Part shown: positions 24,401 to 32,763 of the stretch, piece after piece
Position numbering within the stretch: position 1 is the first letter of the stretch
Layout of the letters: each line of letters opens with the position of its first letter
Assembly: GCA_963716395.1 (NCBI GenBank)
Contig: OY970309.1
Location: 320,001 to 384,000 of the forward strand
Length of the DNA stretch: 64,000 bases
Direction of reading: 5' to 3'
From: an uncultured Fibrobacteria bacterium
Lineage (GTDB): Bacteria; Fibrobacterota; Fibrobacteria; UBA11236
Translations under genes and position numbers: made by a program
Notes under the pieces: generated by a model
Seen by the model: only the letters and a program-made list of their open reading frames with translations
What the model was told of the DNA's origin: nothing
Databases searched by the model: none

Positions 24401-24778
24401 TACCGAGTCCACCACCACCGTGACGGTATTGGTCGGGCTTTGGCCGTCGTATTGGCGCACTTCCTGATAGACGGCCTGTCCATGCATGAATCCGGTGATG
24501 ACGATGTTCACCTTTTGCCCCTGGTAATTCTCAACTTGAATTTTGCTCACCTCACTGACCGAAGAGAGGTGTTGGTTGAAAATCGTGTCCCGGGTGCCGG
24601 CGGCGCTGTCTACCACTACGATTTGCACGATGTCGTATTTAGTGAAGGAACTGTCCACCTGGATGTTGAGGTAGGTATGGCCGCCATCCTGGGAAACCTG
24701 GCAGGCCCAAAACACCCCCATCACGGCCATCACCAGACCGAGAAGCGGCGCGCGCAGGGGCCGCTTACGGAACCACAT
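21425..24778 (-). CDS. Large surface lipoprotein: N-terminal domain, Big_2-like domain, about 6 cadherin-like beta-sandwich repeats, Ig stalk module, LamG tip (frameshifted in this sequence)
   Basis: Lipobox FWAC; SSNANLSAL...TYAIGITR repeats; the ORF stops at 21548, but LamG residues WTHIAGTFDGTNLRLYVNG...GALDDVRVYNRILS continue in a shifted frame. Confidence 0.8.
22612..24115 (-). repeat. Five near-identical intragenic tandem repeats of about 297-306 bp (cadherin-like domains)
   Basis: Recurring GCCGTCACCAC..AAAATCGA.TC.ACGCCCAC and TVTATVADTTARLTING at roughly 300-bp spacing; boundaries approximate. Confidence 0.9.
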
Positions 24779-25349
24779 ACACCGTATCCCGGGCTTGCTT
24801 GTTTGAGCGCATGAGATAAAAGGCGGTCAACCCCAGCACCACCGCTCCGGCGCCGCCGGCCACCCAATACACGGTATGCGAAGATTTGTTTTCGTCGGGT
24901 GGAGTTTCCGGTTGGGGACCTGGGGCCGGCCGCCCGGCCGAGGCCACGGAGGGGGAACCAGGAACGCTTTTACCCAGGGATTGCAGGCGCAGGTCATACT
25001 CCGCTTTGACCCGGTCGAAAATGTGCTCGATTTCATCGCTGACGTACATGTCCAAGAGTTCGGCCGAGGGGACAAGTTCCAGCAGGCGGACCATGTAATA
25101 TTTGCCCTTTTCGCGCGTGTCGGGATTCGCGGAGTAAATGACCGAAAGATGTTTGGCGATGAAAACGCTGTCGGACCGATCATAGGTTTTGTTCCGCGCC
25201 ATGAAGCCGTTGAGCAGGGAAACCACCTGATCGAAATCGCCATCGTTGTAGAGTTTGTGGATGTGGGTGCGATCCAGCGTTTCGCCAAAAACCATTCCCA
25301 GACAAAAGAGGACTATCACGGGAACCAGTCTGCTAGTCTTCGGCAACAT
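24765..25349 (-). CDS. Hypothetical exported protein: signal peptide, TPR-like helices, Pro-rich linker, C-terminal TM helix
   Basis: LYNDGDFDQVVSLL helical domain; VYWVAGGAGAVVLGLTAFYLM; overlaps the start of the adhesin gene by 14 bp. Confidence 0.75.
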   Translation of the reverse strand: MLPKTSRLVPVIVLFCLGMVFGETLDRTHIHKLYNDGDFDQVVSLLNGFMARNKTYDRSDSVFIAKHLSVIYSANPDTREKGKYYMVRLLELVPSAELLDMYVSDEIEHIFDRVKAEYDLRLQSLGKSVPGSPSVASAGRPAPGPQPETPPDENKSSHTVYWVAGGAGAVVLGLTAFYLMRSNKQARDTVYVVP

Positions 25350-25487
25350 GGAGGCAAACCTTCGGCAAGGGCGTGACTGGAATACAAATGACGGCGGCCT
25401 AGATATAAAAAACCGGGTTCCGCTCCCGCAATCCTGGGTGAACGCGAAATTCCGTCAAAATGACGACCCAGGAAATCCGAAATCGGT

Positions 25488-26978
25488 TTATTCCGGCTTC
25501 ATCAGCGGGAACAGCAGCACATCTTTGATATTGGGGCTGTCGGTGAGCAGCATGACCATGCGGTCGATGCCGATGCCCACGCCGCCGGTAGGGGGCATGC
25601 CGTACTCCAAGGCGCGCAGAAAATCCTCATCCAGCGGATGGGTTTCGTCTTCGCCGCCGCGGCCGCGCTCCACCTGCTCTTCGAGCAACTTGCGCTGCGC
25701 CAAGGGATCGTTCAATTCGGAATAGGCGTTGCCCACTTCCCAGCCGTTGATGTAAGGCTCGAATTGCTCGACCAAAGAAGGATCGCCGCGATGCGTCTTG
25801 CACAACGGCGTGCTTTCTTTGGGAAAATCGGTGATGAAAACCGGGCCTGCCAGTTTTTCCTCGCAACGCGCCTCGAACAGCGCCTTGATCGCCAGCCCGC
25901 GCAAATAATGTCCTTTCAATTCGACCGCGCTTTTTTTCAATTCGTTCTGCAAAGCCTCATCGCTCAGCGCGTCCACGTCGAAATCCGCGAATTTTTTCAG
26001 CGCCTCTTTGCAGGTTAATCGGGGCCAGGGCGGCTTGAGATCGAAAGTTTTTCCCTGAAAGGTGAAACGCGTTTCGCCGTGGGCGGCCACGCACGCGGCG
26101 GCGTAGACGTTTTCGAAATGGCCCATCATGTCGGTGTAATCGGCGAAGGCCTGGTAGAATTCCAGCAAGGTGAATTCGGGATTGTGGGTGCGATCGATGC
26201 CTTCGTTGCGGAAATCCTTGGCGAACTCGAACACCTTGGGAAAACCTCCCACGATGCAGCGCTTGAGATAGAGTTCGTTGGAGACGCGCAGGTAGAGCGG
26301 AATGTCGAGAGCGTTGTGGTGCGTGCTGAACGGCCGGGCATTGGCGCCGCCGTAAATGGGTTGCAGCACCGGCGTTTCGACTTCGAGATAGCCCTGCCCG
26401 AGCAAATAGTCGCGCACGGCCTGGAGAATGCGCGACCGCTGGAAAAACACGGCGCGCACCGGGTCGTTGAGGCTGAGATCGACATAACGCCGGCGATACC
26501 GCGTCTCCACATCGGTGAATTCGTCGAAAATCACCTTGCGGCCATCTTCGATTTTCTCCTTGGGAATGGGTAGCGGGCGCACCGCCTTGGACAAGAGTTC
26601 GACCGATTGCGCATGCACGGTGAACTCGCCCGTCTTGGTCGTGAACATGGGTCCGCGCACGCCCACCCAGTCGCCGATGTCGAGCAGCTTGACCAGTTCG
26701 AATCCGGCCTCGCCCACGGCGTCGCGGCCGAACATCACCTGCTGCCGGCCGGCGGCATCTTTGAGATGCACGAAGGCGATTTTGCCTTTGAGGTTGTAGC
26801 GCATGAGGCGGCCTGCAAAGGCCACTTCGGCCCCGGAAGCCAGCAGGGCTTCGCGCTCGCGCAGCAAAGCCGCCGTGTCATGCGTGGTGGCGAAGCGATA
26901 CGGATAGGGGTTGATGCCCAGCGCACGCAGGCGCTCCAGCTTTTCCAGCCGCGCCTCGACTTGATCATTGGTTTCCAT
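25488..26978 (-). CDS. lysS: Lysyl-tRNA synthetase (class II)
   Basis: YRRRYVDL, GGANARPF, FRNEGID.THNPEFT, YGMPPTGG.GIGIDR. Confidence 0.97.
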   Translation of the reverse strand: METNDQVEARLEKLERLRALGINPYPYRFATTHDTAALLREREALLASGAEVAFAGRLMRYNLKGKIAFVHLKDAAGRQQVMFGRDAVGEAGFELVKLLDIGDWVGVRGPMFTTKTGEFTVHAQSVELLSKAVRPLPIPKEKIEDGRKVIFDEFTDVETRYRRRYVDLSLNDPVRAVFFQRSRILQAVRDYLLGQGYLEVETPVLQPIYGGANARPFSTHHNALDIPLYLRVSNELYLKRCIVGGFPKVFEFAKDFRNEGIDRTHNPEFTLLEFYQAFADYTDMMGHFENVYAAACVAAHGETRFTFQGKTFDLKPPWPRLTCKEALKKFADFDVDALSDEALQNELKKSAVELKGHYLRGLAIKALFEARCEEKLAGPVFITDFPKESTPLCKTHRGDPSLVEQFEPYINGWEVGNAYSELNDPLAQRKLLEEQVERGRGGEDETHPLDEDFLRALEYGMPPTGGVGIGIDRMVMLLTDSPNIKDVLLFPLMKPE

Positions 26979-27013
26979 GGGAATTGAAGAAGTTAGCAAC
27001 TCGGGGGTTACGC

Positions 27014-28124
27014 CTAGCCGGTGGGCGCGGCGCTTTTCTCCGCGTCCAGCGCCAACAAATAGGCGTTGACGAATCCGTCGAGATCGCCGTCGAGCACGCC
27101 CTGCGTGTCCGAGGTTTCGTAATCGGTGCGCACGTCTTTCACCAACTGGTAGGGTTGCAGCACGTAATTGCGGATTTGGCTACCCCATTCGATTTTCAAC
27201 TTGCTGGCCAGCTTGGCCTTTTGCCGCGCTTCTTCATCGTCCTTCTGCTTCTGGTACAGTCGTGCTTTCAGCAGCTTGAGCGCGCTGGCGCGGTTCTTGT
27301 GCTGGCTGCGCTCGCTTTGGCACGACACCACGATGCCACTCGGCAAATGCGTCATGCGCACGGCCGAATCGGTTTTGTTAATGTGCTGTCCGCCGGCGCC
27401 GCCGGCGCGGAAGGTGTCGACCTTGATGTCGTCCTCGTTGATTTCCAATTCCACGTCCTCGACATCGGGATACACGTGCACGGCCGCGAACGAAGTATGG
27501 CGCCGGGCATTGGCGTCGAAAGGCGAAATGCGCACCAGCCGGTGCACGCCGTTTTCGGATTTCAAATAGCCGTAGGCGTAGTCACCCGTGACTTCCAGGG
27601 TCGCGCTTTTGAGGCCGGCGTCTTCGGCCTGCTGCTCGTCGAGCACCTCGACCTTGAAGCCCTTTTTCCCCAGCCAATTCAGGTACATCCGCAACAGCAT
27701 GCGGGCCCAATCCTGGCTTTCGGTGCCGCCGGCGCCGGGATGAATGGAAAGAATGGCGGGCCGGGCGTCGTCTTCGCCCCCCAGCATTTTCTTGAGTTCG
27801 AGATCCGTCACGCGCTTTTCCAGGGCGTGCGCGCTTCGTTCCACATCTTGCAAGACCCCGGCGTCATTTTCTTCGAGCGCCAACTCGGCCAGGGCGGCGA
27901 GATCGCGCGTCTCGCGATCCAGGGCCTGCCACGCCGCAATCCAGCTTTGCAGGGTTTTGATTTGCCGTTGGATCGATTGGGCCTTGGCCACGTCGGCCCA
28001 GAATTCGGGCACCGCGGCCGCGCGTTCCAGCAGCGCTAACTGTTCCTGTTTGCCCGGAACGTCAAAGATACCCCCGGAGTTTGAGAACCCGTTGTTGCAA
28101 GGCGTCGATGCTTTCCATGTCCAT
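27014..28124 (-). CDS. prfB: Peptide chain release factor 2 with programmed +1 frameshift
   Basis: SPF and GGQ motifs; the first frame MDMESIDALQQRVLKLRGYL ends at CTT TGA C (28067-28061) preceded by GGGGG. Confidence 0.96.
28061..28075 (-). promoter_or_regulatory. RF2 autoregulatory +1 frameshift site
   Basis: GGGGGTATCTTTGAC on the minus strand. Confidence 0.95.
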
Positions 28125-28225
28125 TTCCATCCCCCAAAATCGTTTGGCGCGGTCAAAGATAAACATTGCCGGGATGCGAAGTTTCCGCGGCAGTCGTCTC
28201 CGAACGATTTTTTTGGCGACGGGTT

Positions 28226-29014
28226 TTACCGATTCCCAATCGGCGCCGGGCGTGTCGGAATTCCCGCCGATGCCAGGGCCGCCTTGATGGCCGCGAGGGT
28301 GTAGGTCCCGTAATGCACCATGCTGGCCACCAAAGCCGCATCGGCTTTGCCCGCGCGCAACACCGCGGCCAAGTGTTCGGGTTTTCCCGCGCCGCCCGAA
28401 GCGATGACGGGAATGCCCACGGCCGCGGAAACCTTGCGGGTTAATTCCAATTCATACCCCGCTTGGGTGCCGTCCGCGTCGATGCTGTTGAGGCAGATTT
28501 CACCGGCCCCGAGGCTTTCGGCCTGGAGTGCCCATTCCACCGCGTCGCGGCGCATGGGCGTGCGCCCGCCGTGGATCACGACTTCATAGCCCGACGGAAA
28601 CGCGGGATCGGCACTGCGCCGCGCGTCCATTCCCAGCACCATGCATTGATTGCCGAAGGCGCGGGCGCCCGCGCGGATGATGTCGGGAGTCTGCACCGCC
28701 AGTGAATTCACGCTCACCTTTTCGGCGCCGGCCAGCAAGACGGCGCGCATGTCCCCGAGATGGCGGATGCCTCCGCCCACGCTGAAGGGAATGAACACCC
28801 GTTGCGCCACGGCGCGCACCATGTCGAGATCGATGGGCCGCTTTTCCGCCGACGCCGTGATGTCGTAAAACACCAGTTCGTCGACGCCGTCGCGATAATA
28901 CTGCTCGGCCATTTCCACGGGGTCGCCGAGATCGACGTTGCCTTCGAAGCGCACGCCCTTGGTCACCTTGCGGTTACGCACGTCGAGGCAGACGATGACG
29001 CGCCGGGTCAGCAC
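28226..29014 (-). CDS. hisF: Imidazole glycerol phosphate synthase cyclase subunit
   Basis: [47 protein letters not shown]. Confidence 0.96.
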   Translation of the reverse strand: MLTRRVIVCLDVRNRKVTKGVRFEGNVDLGDPVEMAEQYYRDGVDELVFYDITASAEKRPIDLDMVRAVAQRVFIPFSVGGGIRHLGDMRAVLLAGAEKVSVNSLAVQTPDIIRAGARAFGNQCMVLGMDARRSADPAFPSGYEVVIHGGRTPMRRDAVEWALQAESLGAGEICLNSIDADGTQAGYELELTRKVSAAVGIPVIASGGAGKPEHLAAVLRAGKADAALVASMVHYGTYTLAAIKAALASAGIPTRPAPIGNR

Positions 29015-29048
29015 GCCGCGGCCTCCGAGCGCATCACGTTGCCCTCAA

Positions 29049-29672
29049 TCACAACGGTTCCCCATTCCAGGCGCTGAAATTCCGGAGCAGCCGCAATCCG
29101 TAGGGCCCGCTTTTTTCGACATGGAATTGGCAGGCCGCGAGATTACCCTTGGCCAGCAAGGCGGGAAAAACCGTGCCGGCGTATTCGGTTGTACCCAAGG
29201 CGAACGACGCATCCGCAGGCGCCGGATAATAACTATGCACGAAATAAAACTCGGCTCCGTCGGGAAGGCCGGCCAGCAACGGGTGGTTGCGCAGTTGCCG
29301 CACCTGGTTCCAGCCCATATGCGGCACTTTCACGCCGGGAAGCGCGGCGAAGCGGTGCACGCGGCCGGGCAAAAGTCCGAGACAGACTGTGCCGCCGTCT
29401 TCGTCGCTTTGGTCGAGAATCACCTGGCAGCCGATGCAGATGCCGAGAAAGGGCCGGCCGGTGGCGACGAAACCGCGCACGGCCGCATCCAGATGCAGGC
29501 GCCGCAGGTTTTCCATGGCCGCCCCCGCCGCGCCCACGCCCGGAAAGATCAGCCGTTCGGCCCCCGCCACGGCTTCGGGGTCGGAGGTGATGACGGTGTC
29601 GACGCCCACTTCGCGCAAGGCCCATCGCACCGAAGTGAGATTGCCCGCTTGGTAATCCACGAGGGTAATCAC
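29049..29672 (-). CDS. hisH: Imidazole glycerol phosphate synthase glutaminase subunit
   Basis: VDYQAGNL, FPGVG, GICIG, PHMGWN, YFVHSY, QFHVEKSG. Confidence 0.95.
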   Translation of the reverse strand: MITLVDYQAGNLTSVRWALREVGVDTVITSDPEAVAGAERLIFPGVGAAGAAMENLRRLHLDAAVRGFVATGRPFLGICIGCQVILDQSDEDGGTVCLGLLPGRVHRFAALPGVKVPHMGWNQVRQLRNHPLLAGLPDGAEFYFVHSYYPAPADASFALGTTEYAGTVFPALLAKGNLAACQFHVEKSGPYGLRLLRNFSAWNGEPL

Positions 29673-29733
29673 GGATTTAAATCTGCTTTTTGCGGGGCCA
29701 TGACGCGTTCTTGTCGCCCAACTCGGCGCCAAC

Positions 29734-30798
29734 TCAACCCGGGCGCGTCGTGAACTTGACCCGCGCGCTCAAGTCGGGGGCGGCTTCGGCCGGAACCTCG
29801 CCTTCGATTTCAAAACCCAAATCGCGGATCATCTCCAAATCCAAATGCGCGGCCTGGCCTTCGGTGGTCAGGTAATCGCCCACAAACAACGAGTTCGCCG
29901 CGTACAGCCCCAGCGGCTGCAGGCTGCGCAAATGCAGTTCACGCCCGCCGGCGATGCGGATCGACATGGCGGGGCATAAAAAGCGGAACAGGCACAACAC
30001 CTTAAGGCATTGCCTCGGCGTCAAGTCTCCCCGGCCGGAAAAGGGCGTGCCCGGCACCGGCACCAGAAAATTGACGGGAATCGATTCGACCTGCAACTCC
30101 CGTAACCGAAAGGCGACGTCGAGCACGTCCGCCTGCGTCTCGCCCATGCCCAGCAGCACGCCGCTGCACGTCGAAATGCCCGCCGCGCGCACCTTGCGCA
30201 CCGTGTCCAGGCGGTCGGAAAACCCGTGGGTTGTGCACACCTCGCCGTAATGGCGCTCCGAGGTGTTGAGGTTGTGGTTGTAGGCGTCGACCCCCGCGGC
30301 CTCCAGAGTTTCGGCCTGGCCGTCCTTGAGCAGGCCGAGACAGGCGCACAATTCGAGATCGGGATACTTGGCCTTGACCTGGCGCACGGCCGCAGCCACC
30401 GCGCCCACGTCTTTGTCGCTGGGCCCGCGCATGGCGGCCACCATGCACAGGCGCGAGGCCTGGTTGCGCACCGCGGTATCGGCCGCGGCCAGCACGTCTT
30501 CGGCATTGAGCAACCGGTACTTCTCCACCGGCGCCTCGGAAAGCCGCGACTGCGAACAATAGTGGCAGTCTTCGGGACAAATGCCGCTTTGGATGTTGAG
30601 CAAAAAATTCAGTTTGACCCGCTTGCCGAAGCCCGCTTTGCGCACCTGAAAAGCGGCATGCAGCAAGGGCAGGATTTCGTCGTCGGGCCATTGCAGCACC
30701 GACAGCGCTTCGTCGCGGGTCAATTCTTCGCCGCGCAAACTTTTCTCCGCCAACTCCAAGGCGAGTCCCGCCTGCGTCTCCGCCAAGATCGTATCCAT
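29734..30798 (-). CDS. bioB: Biotin synthase
   Basis: CPEDCHYCSQS radical SAM motif, YNHNLNTS, SIPVNFL, IRIAGGRE, ANSLFVGDYLTT. Confidence 0.96.
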   Translation of the reverse strand: MDTILAETQAGLALELAEKSLRGEELTRDEALSVLQWPDDEILPLLHAAFQVRKAGFGKRVKLNFLLNIQSGICPEDCHYCSQSRLSEAPVEKYRLLNAEDVLAAADTAVRNQASRLCMVAAMRGPSDKDVGAVAAAVRQVKAKYPDLELCACLGLLKDGQAETLEAAGVDAYNHNLNTSERHYGEVCTTHGFSDRLDTVRKVRAAGISTCSGVLLGMGETQADVLDVAFRLRELQVESIPVNFLVPVPGTPFSGRGDLTPRQCLKVLCLFRFLCPAMSIRIAGGRELHLRSLQPLGLYAANSLFVGDYLTTEGQAAHLDLEMIRDLGFEIEGEVPAEAAPDLSARVKFTTRPG

Positions 30799-30921
30799 GG
30801 GCATTTCCTCCGGGAAGGGTTGAAATATAAAACCGCTGGGATCGCGCATACCGGGTGGAAAGTTCGCTTTCAACCGCTGCGCTCCGCCTTTCCCCAATTG
30901 CTACAGACCTTAGGGAGCCCC

Positions 30922-32061
30922 TCATCGAACTCCACGGGATGCCTGCACCGCCTGGGCCACGGCTTCGACCACCGGCGGAGTCTCTTCAGAGGTGTTGCCG
31001 CGTCCCAAGGAAAAGCGCAGCGAAGACGAGGCTTCTTCTGCACTTTTGCCCATGGCCAAAAGCACGGCCGACGGCTTTACCGACCCCGAGGCGCAGGCCG
31101 ACCCGGCGGACACTGCGATCCCGCGCAGGTCCAGGGCCATGACCAGAACGTCGGAGCGACAGCCGGCGAAGGCGATCTGCAAGGTATTCGGCAAGCGCGG
31201 AGCGTTTTCGGCCTGCACGCGCACGTCATCGACCCGCTGCCGCAAGGCCTGCTCCAAAGCGTCGCGCAAGGTTCGCAGGCGAGTCCGCTCCGCCTCACCC
31301 TGCTCCCGCCACCATTGGGCCGCGGCCCCGAAGCCTGCAATGCCGGGCGTGTTTTCGGTGCCGCCGCGCCGGCCGCGTTCTTGCGCCCCGCCGGTCATTT
31401 GCGGTTCCAGGTCAGCGCCTTTGCGCAGGAAGAGGGCGCCCACGCCCTTGGGTCCGCCGATTTTATGGGCCGCGAAGGCGGCCGCATCCGCGGACCAATC
31501 TGAAATGCGGACCGGAATTTTGCCCAGGGCCTGGGTCGCGTCGACAAAGAAAGTCACGCCGCGCCCGTGGAGCAACGCACCAATCTCGGCCACGGGCTGC
31601 AGGGCCCCGGTTTCGTTGTTGGCGGCCATCACCGCGCATATGGCGGTGTCGGGTCGTAACATAGAAGCTACGGACTCCGCAGCCACCACCCCTTCCCCAT
31701 CCGGCGAAACCCAATCGCAGACCCAGCCTTCGCGTTCCAGCATTTTGGCCGCGCCGCGCACGGCCGGATGTTCGATGGCGCTTACGATGAGGTGCCGTCC
31801 GCGCGCCGTCGACGCCCGCGCCAGACCCAGCAGGCCCAGATGACAGGCTTCGGTGCCGCCGCCGGTGAACACGATTTCAGCGGGTTGCGCCGCAATCAGC
31901 GCGGCGAAGGCTTCGCGGGCCTCTGCGACGGTTTGTCGCGCCGCGCGGCCCGCGGCGTGCAGGCTCGAAGGGTTGCCCCAGGCCGTTTCCGCCGCCCGCG
32001 TCAGCGCGGCCAGCGCTTCGGGCCACAGCGGGGCCGTTGCATTGTGATCGAAGTAATACAT
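30922..32061 (-). CDS. iscS: Cysteine desulfurase (IscS/NifS family)
   Basis: YFDHNAT, GNPSSLH, FTGGGTE, NNETG, AHKIGGPKG, GGTEN, SAGSACASG. Confidence 0.9.
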   Translation of the reverse strand: MYYFDHNATAPLWPEALAALTRAAETAWGNPSSLHAAGRAARQTVAEAREAFAALIAAQPAEIVFTGGGTEACHLGLLGLARASTARGRHLIVSAIEHPAVRGAAKMLEREGWVCDWVSPDGEGVVAAESVASMLRPDTAICAVMAANNETGALQPVAEIGALLHGRGVTFFVDATQALGKIPVRISDWSADAAAFAAHKIGGPKGVGALFLRKGADLEPQMTGGAQERGRRGGTENTPGIAGFGAAAQWWREQGEAERTRLRTLRDALEQALRQRVDDVRVQAENAPRLPNTLQIAFAGCRSDVLVMALDLRGIAVSAGSACASGSVKPSAVLLAMGKSAEEASSSLRFSLGRGNTSEETPPVVEAVAQAVQASRGVR

Positions 32062-32068
32062 ACGCCTG

Positions 32069-32494
32069 TCACGCGCGGAACGGGTTTTTCACGGTCACTC
32101 CCCGATAGTGGTACCCGTCTTGCAAATCTTCGCTGTATAAGGTGCGGCAGCCGGCGTCGACCGCGGCTTGCAGGATGAGCGAATCGTACCAACTGAATCC
32201 GGACAGATGGTGGGTATCGAGCGCGTCGAGATAAAATGAAGCGTTGGGGTGAACCCGGCAAATCGGAATCAGGCTTTTGGAGACGATTTCCCGCAGCTGT
32301 TCCGGTTTCAAGGCCGGGCGGAACTTTTTCACCGCGACGTGGATGAATTCCTGAATCACCTGAAAGCTGATGCCGCCTTTCCCTGCGCGGATCGCCAAGG
32401 CCCAGAGCCGCCGGGCTTCGGCGTGCCTCGGATCCTGAGCAGGCTGAAATGCGTAGATGAGAACGTTGGTGTCGAAAAAAAACTCAACGCTCAT
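32069..32494 (-). CDS. vapC: PIN-domain toxin (VapC family)
   Basis: FFDTNVLIYA, QVIQEF, SWYDSLI, LYSEDLQDG. Confidence 0.88.
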   Translation of the reverse strand: MSVEFFFDTNVLIYAFQPAQDPRHAEARRLWALAIRAGKGGISFQVIQEFIHVAVKKFRPALKPEQLREIVSKSLIPICRVHPNASFYLDALDTHHLSGFSWYDSLILQAAVDAGCRTLYSEDLQDGYHYRGVTVKNPFRA

Positions 32495-32699
32495 TCATTT
32501 CATCCCGGGTGTACGGGCCGCCGGTTTTGATGTGCTTGAATTTGTCCAGGAAATGATCCAGGTCGAATATTTTTTCCTGGCCGACGTAAATCCCCAGCCA
32601 ATCACGAAAAGCATCATTCAGCGAACGGTTTTCCTTGCGGGCTTTTTCGCGCGCCCGCGCGATCAAGGCTTCTTCGGCACTCAAGGTGATGTTTTTCAT
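32484..32699 (-). CDS. vapB: Cognate antitoxin (ribbon-helix-helix-like)
   Basis: MKNITLSAEEALIARAREKA..SLN...W, C-terminal TRDEMNER; overlaps the toxin start. Confidence 0.8.
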   Translation of the reverse strand: MKNITLSAEEALIARAREKARKENRSLNDAFRDWLGIYVGQEKIFDLDHFLDKFKHIKTGGPYTRDEMNER

Positions 32700-32726
32700 T
32701 GATTCCTCGTATCACGTCTAGTGCGT

Positions 32727-32740
32727 ATAGTGTACACTAT
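32727..32740. promoter_or_regulatory. Perfect 14-bp palindrome, probable VapBC autorepression operator
   Basis: ATAGTGTACACTAT, 27 bp upstream of the antitoxin ATG. Confidence 0.7.
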
Positions 32741-32763
32741 TTTCGTGCAATTTGCCAACCGGC

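Noticed and set aside
27014-28156. ORF-track start for prfB (MTAPNDFGG...)
   Set aside because: Artefact of the +1 frameshift; the true N-terminus is in the other frame from about 28124
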